From a candidate division WOR-3 bacterium (GTDB taxonomy: Bacteria > Hydrothermota > 32-111): a DNA stretch of 64,000 bases. Location of the stretch: NCBI GenBank assembly GCA_039804105.1, contig JBDRZU010000001.1, forward strand, positions 640,001 through 704,000, written 5' to 3'. A program made the position numbers and the translations under genes. This document shows, piece by piece, positions 1 through 10,176 of the stretch. A model generated the notes under the pieces. The model was not told where the DNA came from. It did no database searches and saw only the letters and a list, made by a program, of their open reading frames with translations. Each line of letters opens with the position of its first letter. Position 1 is the first letter of the stretch.

Positions 1-1749
1 CACCTGTTCTTCCTTCCTTAATATAAAATTACCAATTATTAAAACATCTATATCGGTTTCGATGAAAGTTTTAAAAGCATCTTCAGGATTTTCAACAATC
101 GGTTGACCTCTTACATTGAAGGATGTATTTATAACCATAGGGCATCCCGTTCTTTTATAAAAATTATATATGAGCGAATAAAACAGAGGATTACTCTTTT
201 TACTTACAAGTTGGACTCTTGATGTAAAATCTGAATGGACTACAGAGGGAAACTGGGTAATACTTTTTCTAAGAATTTTAAAATCGTGTGGAATAAACTC
301 TTCAGTATTTTTAAAATCATCTCTAATTTCTGAAACTGTTAACATATAGTAAGTAGGGTAACCTTTTTTAAAAATCAGTTCATATTTATCTTCAAGAACT
401 GCCGGGGCAAGTGGTCTGAAAGATTCTCTGAACTTAATCTTCAGGTTCATTATTTTTTGCATTTCTGGATCTGTTGGATCACCTAAAATACTTCTATTTC
501 CTAAAGCTCTTGGTCCATACTCCATTCTTCCCTGAAACCATCCAACAACTTTTTTCTTGAGTATCTCTTCACAACCAACAAGATCAGGATTAACTATTTT
601 TTTATAAATCCCATTCAATTTTTCTAAACTTTCCTCTATCTCCTCATCGGAATATTCTGTTCCAAGAAAAGAATAATTCTGACAATCTCTTATGTTCAAG
701 TTATAATATCTGTTTGCAACATACAAAGCTGCTCCAAGAGAACCACCAGCATCACCTGATGCAGGCTGAATAAAAAAATTTTCAGGCTGATAAGATTCCA
801 AAACTTTGGTATTCGCAACACAGTTTAAACCAACCCCTCCTCCAATTATCAAATTTCTTTCGTTCGTTTCACTTTTCAACTTTAAAGCCATCTTTATGAG
901 AATCTCCTCTAAAATTTTCTGAACTGAAGCAGCGATGTCAGCATACTCTTCGTTTAAAGGTTCTTCTTCTTTTCTAATTTTTATTCCAAAAAGTTTTTCC
1001 ATTCGTTTCCCACACATCCGTAAACCATTCTGAAAATCAAAAAATTTCAAATTCAATCTATAAGATCCATCATCTTTGATATCTATCAAATTCTCCTTTA
1101 TCAAAGAAACATATCGAGGAACACCATAAGGAGCAAGTCCCATCAATTTATATTCACCTGAGTTAACTTTAAATCCAGTAAAATATGTAAACGTTGAATA
1201 GAACATTCCAAGTGAATGTGGATAATCTATCGAATAAAGAATTTTTATATTTTTATCATCAACAACTCCAAGAGTCGTTGTTTCCCATTCTCCGACACCA
1301 TCATTTATTATAAATGCTGCTCTTTCAAGATCGGATGGATAAAATGAGGAAGATATGTGTGAAACATGATGCGGAACATAGAATATTTTATAACTACCCT
1401 TTATCAATTTTCTTAATTTCGATTCAGTATAAAGTTTATCTTTAATCCACAATGGTAAAGAGGTGAAAGCAAACTCAAAATTTTTCGGTGTTGAATATAT
1501 CAAATTTTCAATTATTCTCTCAAATTTTAAAATTGGTTTATCATAAAAAACAAGTGCCTTAAGTCTCACCGGATCAAAATCAAACTTTTTTTTAAGGATC
1601 TCTATTGATAATTCTGGTAACCTTTCATCAAATTTTATTTTCGAAAATCTTTCTTCCTGAAGAGCAGCAACAACTTTATCGTTTTTTATATAAGTTACGG
1701 ATGAATCATGGAACAGTGCTGAAATTCCTAAAATTTCTATTTCACTCAT
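1..1749 (-). CDS. NodU/CmcH-family carbamoyltransferase (3' end runs off the window; missing from the ORF track)
   Basis: Manual translation from ATG 1749 (MSEIEILGISALFHDSS). Motifs: HHVSH, DGVGEW, PHSLGMFYSTFT..GFKVNSGEYKLMGLAPYG, GGVGLNCVAN, QPASGDAGGSLGAA, GRMEYGPRALGNRSIL, KFRESFRPLAP, NTSFNVRGQPIV. Overlaps the stop of the upstream gene. Confidence 0.92.
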   Translation of the reverse strand, partial: MSEIEILGISALFHDSSVTYIKNDKVVAALQEERFSKIKFDERLPELSIEILKKKFDFDPVRLKALVFYDKPILKFERIIENLIYSTPKNFEFAFTSLPLWIKDKLYTESKLRKLIKGSYKIFYVPHHVSHISSSFYPSDLERAAFIINDGVGEWETTTLGVVDDKNIKILYSIDYPHSLGMFYSTFTYFTGFKVNSGEYKLMGLAPYGVPRYVSLIKENLIDIKDDGSYRLNLKFFDFQNGLRMCGKRMEKLFGIKIRKEEEPLNEEYADIAASVQKILEEILIKMALKLKSETNERNLIIGGGVGLNCVANTKVLESYQPENFFIQPASGDAGGSLGAALYVANRYYNLNIRDCQNYSFLGTEYSDEEIEESLEKLNGIYKKIVNPDLVGCEEILKKKVVGWFQGRMEYGPRALGNRSILGDPTDPEMQKIMNLKIKFRESFRPLAPAVLEDKYELIFKKGYPTYYMLTVSEIRDDFKNTEEFIPHDFKILRKSITQFPSVVHSDFTSRVQLVSKKSNPLFYSLIYNFYKRTGCPMVINTSFNVRGQPIVENPEDAFKTFIETDIDVLIIGNFILRKEEQV

Positions 1750-3604
1750 ACCTAAAATCTTTAATATAAGATTTTAAAATTTGACGAACATTCCCATCAG
1801 AATTTTTAAAATCCTCAACCATTCTTTCTATTTTGTTATTCTCAATCTTTTCTACAAAAAGAATTTTAAATATCTTATCAAACCTTGTTCTTTCTGTCTG
1901 TTCATCTTCTCTGTGTAGTTCCTCATGAAGTTTTTCACCTTTTCTCATTCCAGTGTAAACTATCTTTATATCCTTATTAGGGACATACCCATACATTCTG
2001 ATAATATTTTCAGCTACATCATTTATCTTTACCGGTTTTCCCATATCGAGCATAAACATTTCGCCACCTTCTCCAATGCCTGTTGCTTCAAGGCAGAGTG
2101 TTACCGCCTCTGAAATCGTCATAAAATATCTTGTCATATTTTTATCTGTTACTGTTACAGGTCCCCCATTTTTTATCTGCTCTTCAAAAATCGGAATCAC
2201 ACTTCCCCTTGACCCAAGAACATTTCCAAATCTTACAGCAAAAAACTTGGTAAAAGGATCTTCCTGAGAAACAACAAGCATTTCTCCTATCCTTTTTGTC
2301 GCACCCATAATTGACGAAGGTTTAACAGCTTTATCAGTTGATATATAAAGAAATCTTTTAACCTTTCCTTTCGATGCTTTAATTAGATTAAAAGTTCCTA
2401 AAATATTTGTTTTCACTGCCTCATAAGGGAATTCTTCACATATCGGAACATGTTTTAAAGCAGCAGCATGAAAAACTACAGATATTTTTTCTTTTTCAAT
2501 CAATTGGGTAATACTTGCATAATCTCTTATATCAGCAAGAACTATTTTTATATCTTTTGAATATCTCTGTTTCATTCTTTCCTTAAGATAAAAAAGTTCA
2601 GTTTCGTTTATATCAAGTGCAAAAACATTTGAAGCATTAAATTTAATAACCTGATTTACAATTTCACTACCTATTGACCCAGCAGCACCAGTAACAAGTA
2701 CATTCTCTCCTTCAAGATAACTCCCTATCAATCCAAGATCATAGGAAACTTTCTCTCTTCCCAAAAGATCTGTAATATCTATATTTCTAACATCCTTTGA
2801 AGATACCTTTCCATCAACAATACTATCAACCGATGGAAGAACCTTTATTTCCTTACAACCACTTTTTTCCAATTTTATATATATTTTCTGTAAATTTTCT
2901 CTATCCAAAGATGGAATCGCTATAAGCACAGTATAACAATCGTTCTCTTTCATAACATTTTTTAAGATGTCACTTCCACCAACAACTTTCAATCCATGGA
3001 TCCTATTTCCTTTTTTCTTTGGATCATCATCAATAAATAGGATAGGATTATAATCACTTTTTCTTGAAAGCATATCTCTCGCGATCTGTTCACCAGCATC
3101 ACCAGCACCATAGATTATAATCTTTTTCCTCTTTTCGATTTCCTTTCGACCTTCAAAAGATAGTAAAAACCTTTTTAAACTCCTCAAAGTCAAGAGAAAC
3201 CAGAGTGAAAAAAAATAGTCAAGAAAAAAAACTGATCTTGGTAAGAACGAAAGAATTTGATTTTTTAGAAAGAATAAAGATACATAAAATGAAATGAATT
3301 GTGAAAAAGTCAGTGAAATGCCAAGTTTTACAGCATCGTTAAAAGAAAAATATCTCCAATTAAAAGAATATATATCAAAAATAAACAGTAAAAAAAGTTT
3401 TGAAAAAATAAAAATAGGAAGAAAGTTCTTATATAGATTAAAATTCAAAAAAACTTCAGTTATACTGAATCTAATACTGAATGAGAGAAAATATGAAAAA
3501 ATGAAAAGAAGCAGGTCAAACAAAATAAAAAAAATTATTCTTTTCAGATAACTAGGTTTAAACAGATCTTCTTTCAAAAAATTCTTTAATCTTTTCATAA
3601 ACAT
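1742..3604 (-). CDS. CapD/PglF/WbpM-type membrane-bound nucleotide-sugar 4,6-dehydratase
   Basis: N-terminal TM helices, GAGDAG, TGAAGSIGSE, FHAAALKHVP, STDKAV, VRFGNVLGSRGSVIP, GEKLHEEL. Start moved from 3658 to ATG 3604, which has GGAG 7 nt upstream. Confidence 0.92.
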   Translation of the reverse strand: MFMKRLKNFLKEDLFKPSYLKRIIFFILFDLLLFIFSYFLSFSIRFSITEVFLNFNLYKNFLPIFIFSKLFLLFIFDIYSFNWRYFSFNDAVKLGISLTFSQFISFYVSLFFLKNQILSFLPRSVFFLDYFFSLWFLLTLRSLKRFLLSFEGRKEIEKRKKIIIYGAGDAGEQIARDMLSRKSDYNPILFIDDDPKKKGNRIHGLKVVGGSDILKNVMKENDCYTVLIAIPSLDRENLQKIYIKLEKSGCKEIKVLPSVDSIVDGKVSSKDVRNIDITDLLGREKVSYDLGLIGSYLEGENVLVTGAAGSIGSEIVNQVIKFNASNVFALDINETELFYLKERMKQRYSKDIKIVLADIRDYASITQLIEKEKISVVFHAAALKHVPICEEFPYEAVKTNILGTFNLIKASKGKVKRFLYISTDKAVKPSSIMGATKRIGEMLVVSQEDPFTKFFAVRFGNVLGSRGSVIPIFEEQIKNGGPVTVTDKNMTRYFMTISEAVTLCLEATGIGEGGEMFMLDMGKPVKINDVAENIIRMYGYVPNKDIKIVYTGMRKGEKLHEELHREDEQTERTRFDKIFKILFVEKIENNKIERMVEDFKNSDGNVRQILKSYIKDFRYE

Positions 3605-4718
3605 ATTTCTGCTCCATAATAGTAAGACCCGTAAAAAATGGGATAGCAACAAGTTCATCAGATATTTTTTCAGTTATAGGGAAATCTCCCTTTTTATAGC
3701 CAAAAATTTTTTTATAGAAAGGTTGAAGATGTATTGGATAAAAGTACCTTTTCGAAGATATTCCATTTTTATTTAAAAATTCTATCAACTCATTTCTATA
3801 ATTTTTATCAACAAATATATAAAATAAGAACCATGAACTCTTCTGCCCTTCAATTATCGAAGGCAATCTTATCTCTTTTATTCGTTTCAATAACTTCATA
3901 TATCTTTTTGCAACATTTTCTCTTTTCTTTAAGATATTTTCCAAATTTTCCATCTGTGCCAATCCAAGAGCTGAATTTATATCACTAACCCTGAAATTGT
4001 ATCCAAGATACCTATGTATATAATTGGGGTCACCTTCGACCCTCCCTTGATTTCTTAAAGCTTTAAGATAAAAATAAAGTTTTTTGTCATCAGTTAAAAT
4101 CATTCCACCTTCACCTGTGGTTATCTGTTTGTTCGGATAGAAAGCAAAAACCGATCCTATCCCAAAAATACCAGATTTTTTACCTTTAAATTCACTCCCA
4201 AGAGATTCTGAAGAATCTTCAAACAATAAAAGATTATAATCATCACATAACTCTTTTATCTTTTCATAATCACACAGATTTCCAAGAATATCCACAGAAA
4301 GGATACCTTTTAAAACTTTTCCGTTTTTTTTGTTCACAAAATTTTTGCCGTTTTTTTTATAATCACTTTTTATCTTTTTCTCGATCAGATCAGGAGAAAT
4401 ACATAAACTCTTTTCATCGATATCGACAAAAACTGGAGTTGCATTACAATACAAAATCGCGTTTGAAGATGCTATAAATGAAAAAGGTGTTGTAATTATT
4501 TCATTGTCACTTTGAGTCCCCGCTGCTTTTAAAAGCAAGAACAATCCAGCAGTTCCAGATGATACCATAACGGAATATTTTCTACCAATATAATCTTTGA
4601 ATCTGTTTTCAAACTTCTCTGTATATTCCCCCATGCTGAGTTTTTCAGATCTCAATAAATAATCCACATATTTTTTTTCGTTACCTTTAAAATAAATACC
4701 GGATAATGGAATCCTCAT
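3558..4718 (-). CDS. DegT/DnrJ/EryC1/StrS sugar aminotransferase
   Basis: SSGTAGL, TPFSFIAS, FYPNKQITTGEGG (PLP lysine), GYNFR, YFYPIHLQP. Confidence 0.93.
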   Translation of the reverse strand: MRIPLSGIYFKGNEKKYVDYLLRSEKLSMGEYTEKFENRFKDYIGRKYSVMVSSGTAGLFLLLKAAGTQSDNEIITTPFSFIASSNAILYCNATPVFVDIDEKSLCISPDLIEKKIKSDYKKNGKNFVNKKNGKVLKGILSVDILGNLCDYEKIKELCDDYNLLLFEDSSESLGSEFKGKKSGIFGIGSVFAFYPNKQITTGEGGMILTDDKKLYFYLKALRNQGRVEGDPNYIHRYLGYNFRVSDINSALGLAQMENLENILKKRENVAKRYMKLLKRIKEIRLPSIIEGQKSSWFLFYIFVDKNYRNELIEFLNKNGISSKRYFYPIHLQPFYKKIFGYKKGDFPITEKISDELVAIPFFTGLTIMEQKYVYEKIKEFFERRSV

Positions 4719-4719
4719 A

Positions 4720-5745
4720 TTATTTCTTTTTTAAAAAGATTTTTTTCCCCTTCTTTGATGCTTCATATACAGCCATAATAAGTTCAAGGGATTTCCTTCC
4801 TTCTAAACCATCAGTCAAAGGCAAACTATCCTTTTCTAGTGAATTTAAAACATTTTCATAATACGCAAAATGTCCTTCACCATAAATATTTTTTGGAACA
4901 TAGTTAACCTTTTCAATCAGAGCATCATCGTCATCATATTTTTCGAATTCCCATTTTTCGATTTTGTTCAAAGCTGTTCCACTGATTTTGACTGTTCCTT
5001 TTTCACCAATAACCGTTATTGATCCCTCATAGTTCCTTGGATAGGTAAGCATTGTTACCTGTATAACTCCCAAAGCCCCATTTTTATATCTTAAAACAGC
5101 TCCTCCTGTATCCTCTGCCTCTATCTTCCTTGCGAGTCGTGAAGTTATTGCGACAACTTCTTTTACTTCTCCACCAAGCCAGACCATAAGATCAACATAA
5201 TGTGATGCTTGATTTAAAAAAGCACCTCCATCATATTTCCATGTTCCTCTCCATTTCGCTTGATCATAATATTCTTGTGGCCTATTCCAGAATACGGTTG
5301 TATTTATGAAATATATCTTTTCAAATCTATTTTTTTCGATTGCTTTCTTTAAAAGTTGAACAGTAGGATTTAATCTATTCTGCTTAACAACAAAAAGTTT
5401 GACTTTATTTTTTTTACATTCATTTATAAGCTTATCAGCATCCTTGAGATTTACAGCCATGGGTTTTTCAGTTAGAACATTTATTTTTTTTCTCGCTGCC
5501 ATTATACCATGGATTGGATGCAATCCTGAAGGAGTACAGATAGATAAAAGGTCAATATCCTCATTTGAAAGCATATCTTCAAGATTTTTGTAATATGGAA
5601 CATCAAATCTTTCACCCGATCTCTTGGCTTTTTCTAACACTATATCACACACAGCAACAAGTTTTATTCTTTCATTGAATTTTTCATACACCTCAAAATG
5701 CTTTTCAGATATCCTACCACATCCAACTAGTCCAACTCTTATCAT
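4720..5745 (-). CDS. Gfo/Idh/MocA oxidoreductase, WbpB/WlbA-like UDP-GlcNAcA 3-dehydrogenase
   Basis: GCGRIS, TPSGLH, EKPMA, VKQNRLN, WRGTWKYDGGAFLNQASHYVD. Confidence 0.85.
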   Translation of the reverse strand: MIRVGLVGCGRISEKHFEVYEKFNERIKLVAVCDIVLEKAKRSGERFDVPYYKNLEDMLSNEDIDLLSICTPSGLHPIHGIMAARKKINVLTEKPMAVNLKDADKLINECKKNKVKLFVVKQNRLNPTVQLLKKAIEKNRFEKIYFINTTVFWNRPQEYYDQAKWRGTWKYDGGAFLNQASHYVDLMVWLGGEVKEVVAITSRLARKIEAEDTGGAVLRYKNGALGVIQVTMLTYPRNYEGSITVIGEKGTVKISGTALNKIEKWEFEKYDDDDALIEKVNYVPKNIYGEGHFAYYENVLNSLEKDSLPLTDGLEGRKSLELIMAVYEASKKGKKIFLKKK

Positions 5746-6686
5746 ATAACACCTCTAAAATATTGAATCGTCCTGGATAGTCCTACCTCAATAGGTACTC
5801 TGTTTTTATATTTTAAAACTTTTCTTGCAAGTGTCAGATCAGGTTTTCTCTTAACAGGATCATCAGTAGGTAGATCTCTAAAAACTATCTTTGATCTTGA
5901 TTTAGTTAATTTTATAATCATTTGTGCTAAATCGATGATCTTGATCTCTTCATCTGAACCAAGGTTTACTGGGCCTGTAAAATTAAGTTCACTATCACTT
6001 AACTTTACAATACCATCAATAAGATCATCTATATAGCAAAAAGATCTTGTTTGTGTTCCATCACCATAAACAGTTATATCACTATTTCCCAGGGCCTGAA
6101 CGATAAAATTTGAAACAACCCTACCATCATCTTTTGACATATACTCCCCATAGGTATTGAATATCCTACAAACTTTTACTTTAACATTAAAATTTCTATA
6201 ATATTCAAAGGTTAAAGTTTCAGCTACCCTTTTGCCTTCATCATAACAAGCCCTCAGACCTATAGGATTTACATTTCCCCAATAATTTTCATTCTGTGGA
6301 TGCACTAAAGGATCCCCATATATTTCGGAAGTTGAACTTAATACAAACTTTGAACCACTTCTTTTCGCAATCTCGAGTATATTCATTGTTCCTATAAAAT
6401 TTGTTTTCAAAGTTTCCAGAGGATATTTTTGATAAAATTTTGGGGAAGCCATTGAAGCAAGATGAAAAATTTTTTTTATGTCTGTGTATTCGATCCGTAT
6501 TTTTTTAGAAACATCTTTTTTCAAAAATTCAAAATTTTTAAATTTTTTTAAAATTTTCAAATTTTCAATAGAACCAGATGAAAGGTTATCAATTCCTAAA
6601 ACTTTCTCTCCTTTTTTCAAAAGGTATAATGAGAGATTTGTCCCAATAAATCCAGCACAACCAGTTATCAGGTTTATTTTCACCAT
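5742..6686 (-). CDS. UDP-glucuronate decarboxylase (UDP-xylose synthase) family SDR
   Basis: TGCAGFIG, HLASMASP, STSEIYGDP, GNVNPIG.RACYDEGKR, RIFNTYG, DGRVVSNFI, DDP..RKPD. Confidence 0.9.
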   Translation of the reverse strand: MVKINLITGCAGFIGTNLSLYLLKKGEKVLGIDNLSSGSIENLKILKKFKNFEFLKKDVSKKIRIEYTDIKKIFHLASMASPKFYQKYPLETLKTNFIGTMNILEIAKRSGSKFVLSSTSEIYGDPLVHPQNENYWGNVNPIGLRACYDEGKRVAETLTFEYYRNFNVKVKVCRIFNTYGEYMSKDDGRVVSNFIVQALGNSDITVYGDGTQTRSFCYIDDLIDGIVKLSDSELNFTGPVNLGSDEEIKIIDLAQMIIKLTKSRSKIVFRDLPTDDPVKRKPDLTLARKVLKYKNRVPIEVGLSRTIQYFRGVI

Positions 6687-8002
6687 CCAATACCTTTATA
6701 ATTTCTCGAACTTTTCTTTTCAGGAAAGATGTTCACAAGATCAACAATTATTAGTTCTTTTTTGGTATAAGAATTTAATAATTCTCTGTAAGAGTTGTCT
6801 CTGTTTGCAACAACAACAAGTTCTATGTTGTCCAAAAACTTTTCTGGATCATCTACAAGAATATCTGAAATATGCTTTATCTCTCTTTCAATATATTCTT
6901 TATTTGAACCAACAAGTTTTGATAGTTTTACATTTTCATCATAGATTAAAACACTTTTACCTTTGCCTAAAAGTTTTTCGACAAGAACAACGGATGGAGA
7001 TTCTCTCAAATCATCAGTTCCACTTTTAAATGTTATTCCCATAACTCCAATTCTGTTCACCTTTTCTTTTAAAATTAAATCAAAAGCCCAATCGATATGA
7101 AGATTGTTTGAATCCATTATGTTTTCGATTATAGGTAATGATAATCCGTTTCTTTTTGATTCATAGGATAAAGCCCTCACATCCTTTGGCAAACATGACC
7201 CACCAAAAGCAAATCCTGGTTTTAAATAATATTCAGAAATATTAAGTTTTCTGTCCATAAGGAAAAGTTCCATAACCTCTCTGCTGTCAATCCCTTTCTT
7301 TTTACATATTCTCGCGATTTCATTAGCAAAACCAACCTTTAACCCATGAAAAGTGTTGTTTACATATTTAAGCATTTCAGCAGTTTTTATCGATGTTACA
7401 ATAAATGGTGCTTCAAGGAAAGAATACATTTGTCTTATTATTCTTTCGCTCGTTTCACACTCACAACCTATAAGCGTATATGGTGGGTTATAAAAATCGT
7501 TTACAGCATTACCTTCCCTTAAAAATTCGGGATTTGACAGAACATCAAAATCTTTTTTCCTTTTCTTTCCACTTATACTCTGGACTATCTCAGCATACTT
7601 ATCCACGGTTCCCGGCATCGATGTTGACCTTATGAGTATAAGATATTCTCTTTCAAAATTTTCTTTTCCCCTTAAAGCATCACCAATCTGTTGGGCAGTT
7701 TTAAAAATGTATGAAAGATCAACCTCTCCTGTTTCAGAAGATGGAGTCCCTACACAGATCAATGCGATATTAGTGTTTTTCACAGCATACTCAAAATCAT
7801 CGGTTGCTTCAAGATTACCAGATCTTACAACTTTTGATACTATCTCATTGATATAGGGCTCAACTATAGGAGATCTCCCACTGTTAACTTCCGAGATCTT
7901 TACATCATTTATCTCAACCCCTATAACTTTATATCCCTGCTCTGCCAAACACGCAGCGGATATTATACCCACATACCCTAAACCAAAAACAGCGATCTTC
8001 AT
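6680..8002 (-). CDS. GDP-mannose/UDP-glucose 6-dehydrogenase (AlgD-like)
   Basis: GLGYVG, CVGTPS, NPEFLREG, KLNISEYYLKPGFAFGGSCLPKD, FKSGTDDLRESP. Confidence 0.88.
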   Translation of the reverse strand: MKIAVFGLGYVGIISAACLAEQGYKVIGVEINDVKISEVNSGRSPIVEPYINEIVSKVVRSGNLEATDDFEYAVKNTNIALICVGTPSSETGEVDLSYIFKTAQQIGDALRGKENFEREYLILIRSTSMPGTVDKYAEIVQSISGKKRKKDFDVLSNPEFLREGNAVNDFYNPPYTLIGCECETSERIIRQMYSFLEAPFIVTSIKTAEMLKYVNNTFHGLKVGFANEIARICKKKGIDSREVMELFLMDRKLNISEYYLKPGFAFGGSCLPKDVRALSYESKRNGLSLPIIENIMDSNNLHIDWAFDLILKEKVNRIGVMGITFKSGTDDLRESPSVVLVEKLLGKGKSVLIYDENVKLSKLVGSNKEYIEREIKHISDILVDDPEKFLDNIELVVVANRDNSYRELLNSYTKKELIIVDLVNIFPEKKSSRNYKGIGW

Positions 8003-10167
8003 TTTTCACCTTCTTTTGTGTGATAATGATAATAATAATGATAATAATAATATTTACCATAGAAACTTTCAGTGTTAATGTTATTGAAAACAAAACCAAC
8101 CAAAGGAATATTAAGATTTTTCAACAATTTTTTCGTATAATGCAGTTCTCTTTTTTTTGCTTTTTTGAACTGAACGACCCAAAGCAAACCATCGGATAAT
8201 CTTGAAATTATTGTTGGGTCTGCAACCGAAAGTATTGGAGAAGAATCAACTATGATAAAATCAAACATATTTCTTAATTGTTCAAAAATTTTCCTTGTCA
8301 ATTTTCCTTCAAGTAGTTCAGTTGAATGAGTTGTTCTTTCTCCATAAGGTATTATCCAAAGATTTTCGATTCCACTTGGATATATAACCTTTTCAACACT
8401 TGTTTCTCCTTTAAGAATATTTGTAAAACCTTTATCAAAACTTAAATTAAACAGTTTATCTATCACAGGTCTTCTCAAATCGCCATCTATCAAAAGAACT
8501 TTTTTGTCCAGTTGCGCTAAAACGATGCTAAGGTTTGATGCGGTAGTTGATTTCCCTTCACCTTTTGTGGCCGAAGATACAACAATTATTTTAGGAGTTT
8601 GTGTTCCTTCTGAAAGATATAAAAGATTTGTACGAAGAATTTTATAGGATTCAACTATAGGCGAATTTTCAGGAACTTCAGTTAAAAGTTTTCCTCTTTC
8701 GCTAATCATCGATTTCCCATTTTTTAGTTTAATCAAAGGAATATTTCCAATTATATTCACTTTTAACTCTCTTTCAATTTCATCTATGTCCTTTACAGAA
8801 TCATCTATATATTCTTTGAGAAAAACAGAGCCTATTCCAAGTATTATGGCAAGAAAGAATCCAAAAAGATAGTTTCTATTCTTTTTCGGTAAAACTGGAT
8901 TTCTGTTCAACACAGGTTTATCGATTATCTTTACAGACCCTAATTTACCAGCTTCTGCCACTTTCGCCTCTTCGAATTTTCCTTTCAACATAAGATAAAG
9001 TTCCTCTGAAACTTTTTTATTCCTTTCAAGTCGCGCAAGCATAAGTTCCTGATATGGAATCATTTTCATCTTCTCTTCAAAAATTTTTATCACATTGTTT
9101 AAAGCTTCAATCATCGATTCTTTTACTTTTATTTCAAGTTGAACCGATACGATTTCATCCATAAGATTTTTTGAATAATCCAAAGGATTCGTTGTAAAAT
9201 ATTTTTCAGTTATTGACTTTTTACTGTTAACCACTATATTGCTTTTCAAATTTTCAACTCTTATTTTTATCTCCCTCATCTTAGGATGAGATGTATCATA
9301 TCCAAGTGAGAGAAAATACGCGTAAGAGGATTGTAAAGAATCGAGTTCTTTCATAGATCTTTCAAGAAAAGGATCAAGTTCGTTTAAAAAACCTTCAGCT
9401 ATCATTTTGTTCGACTGGGAAAGATTTTCTTTTAGATAATTCAATTTCGCTAAAAGCATCTCCCTTTCAACATAGTTCTGTTTTTTTTGTCCCTCAAAAT
9501 TTGATATCATATCAACAAGTTTTGATGTTTCCTCAGTAAGTTCGATGATAGAGTTACTCTCTTTAAATTTTTTTAAACCTTCTTCGTTAGTTTGAAGATC
9601 ATTTTCTATTTTTGTTAACTGCTCTTCAAGAAATTTCCTCACCTCACTCAATTCTCCCCTTGTCATTTCAAGGTTTATATTGTAATACTGTTCAACTATG
9701 ATTTTTGTTATATAGAAAGCATCCTGTGGGCTTTTATCGTTATAGATAATTTTCAAAATATCAGTATCCTTAACAGGGATCACGGTGAGATTTTTTTTGA
9801 GATATGAAATCCTAGCTTCTTTTTCTTTAAATTTACCTATATAAAGAGAATCGAGATAACCACTGTTTGCTATAACATTTTCAACTCTTTCAAAAAGAGT
9901 TCTTGATTGAACCATTTCTATATGGTTATTGATGACAGTTTGTCTTGGATTGAGATCCCTTATAGGTAAAAAAGAAAGTCCTTTATCGCTAGTTTCAATA
10001 AGTATCAGTGAAGTAGATTGATAGGTTGGTTTTGTAATTTTCGTTATCAAAAAAACAAGAGCAATCACAATAAAAAAGGTTGTTAAAAACAAAACTTTAT
10101 TTTCAAGCAAAAGAAAAAAATATGTCTTTAACTCTTTTCCTTCCTCTTCTATAACCCTCTCCGGCAT
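7999..10167 (-). CDS. wzc: Wzc-type polysaccharide co-polymerase / BY tyrosine kinase
   Basis: Two TMs flanking a periplasmic coiled coil, ESYKILRTN, Walker A GEGKST, IDGDLRRP, IVDSSP, C-terminal Tyr cluster YGKYYYYHYYYHYH. Confidence 0.9.
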   Translation of the reverse strand: MPERVIEEEGKELKTYFFLLLENKVLFLTTFFIVIALVFLITKITKPTYQSTSLILIETSDKGLSFLPIRDLNPRQTVINNHIEMVQSRTLFERVENVIANSGYLDSLYIGKFKEKEARISYLKKNLTVIPVKDTDILKIIYNDKSPQDAFYITKIIVEQYYNINLEMTRGELSEVRKFLEEQLTKIENDLQTNEEGLKKFKESNSIIELTEETSKLVDMISNFEGQKKQNYVEREMLLAKLNYLKENLSQSNKMIAEGFLNELDPFLERSMKELDSLQSSYAYFLSLGYDTSHPKMREIKIRVENLKSNIVVNSKKSITEKYFTTNPLDYSKNLMDEIVSVQLEIKVKESMIEALNNVIKIFEEKMKMIPYQELMLARLERNKKVSEELYLMLKGKFEEAKVAEAGKLGSVKIIDKPVLNRNPVLPKKNRNYLFGFFLAIILGIGSVFLKEYIDDSVKDIDEIERELKVNIIGNIPLIKLKNGKSMISERGKLLTEVPENSPIVESYKILRTNLLYLSEGTQTPKIIVVSSATKGEGKSTTASNLSIVLAQLDKKVLLIDGDLRRPVIDKLFNLSFDKGFTNILKGETSVEKVIYPSGIENLWIIPYGERTTHSTELLEGKLTRKIFEQLRNMFDFIIVDSSPILSVADPTIISRLSDGLLWVVQFKKAKKRELHYTKKLLKNLNIPLVGFVFNNINTESFYGKYYYYHYYYHYHTKEGEK

Positions 10168-10176
10168 AAAAACTCC

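Noticed and set aside
8021..8052. (TAA/TGA)n trinucleotide repeat as a phase-variation tract
   Set aside because: It encodes the expected Wzc C-terminal tyrosine cluster, and unit changes would stay in frame.
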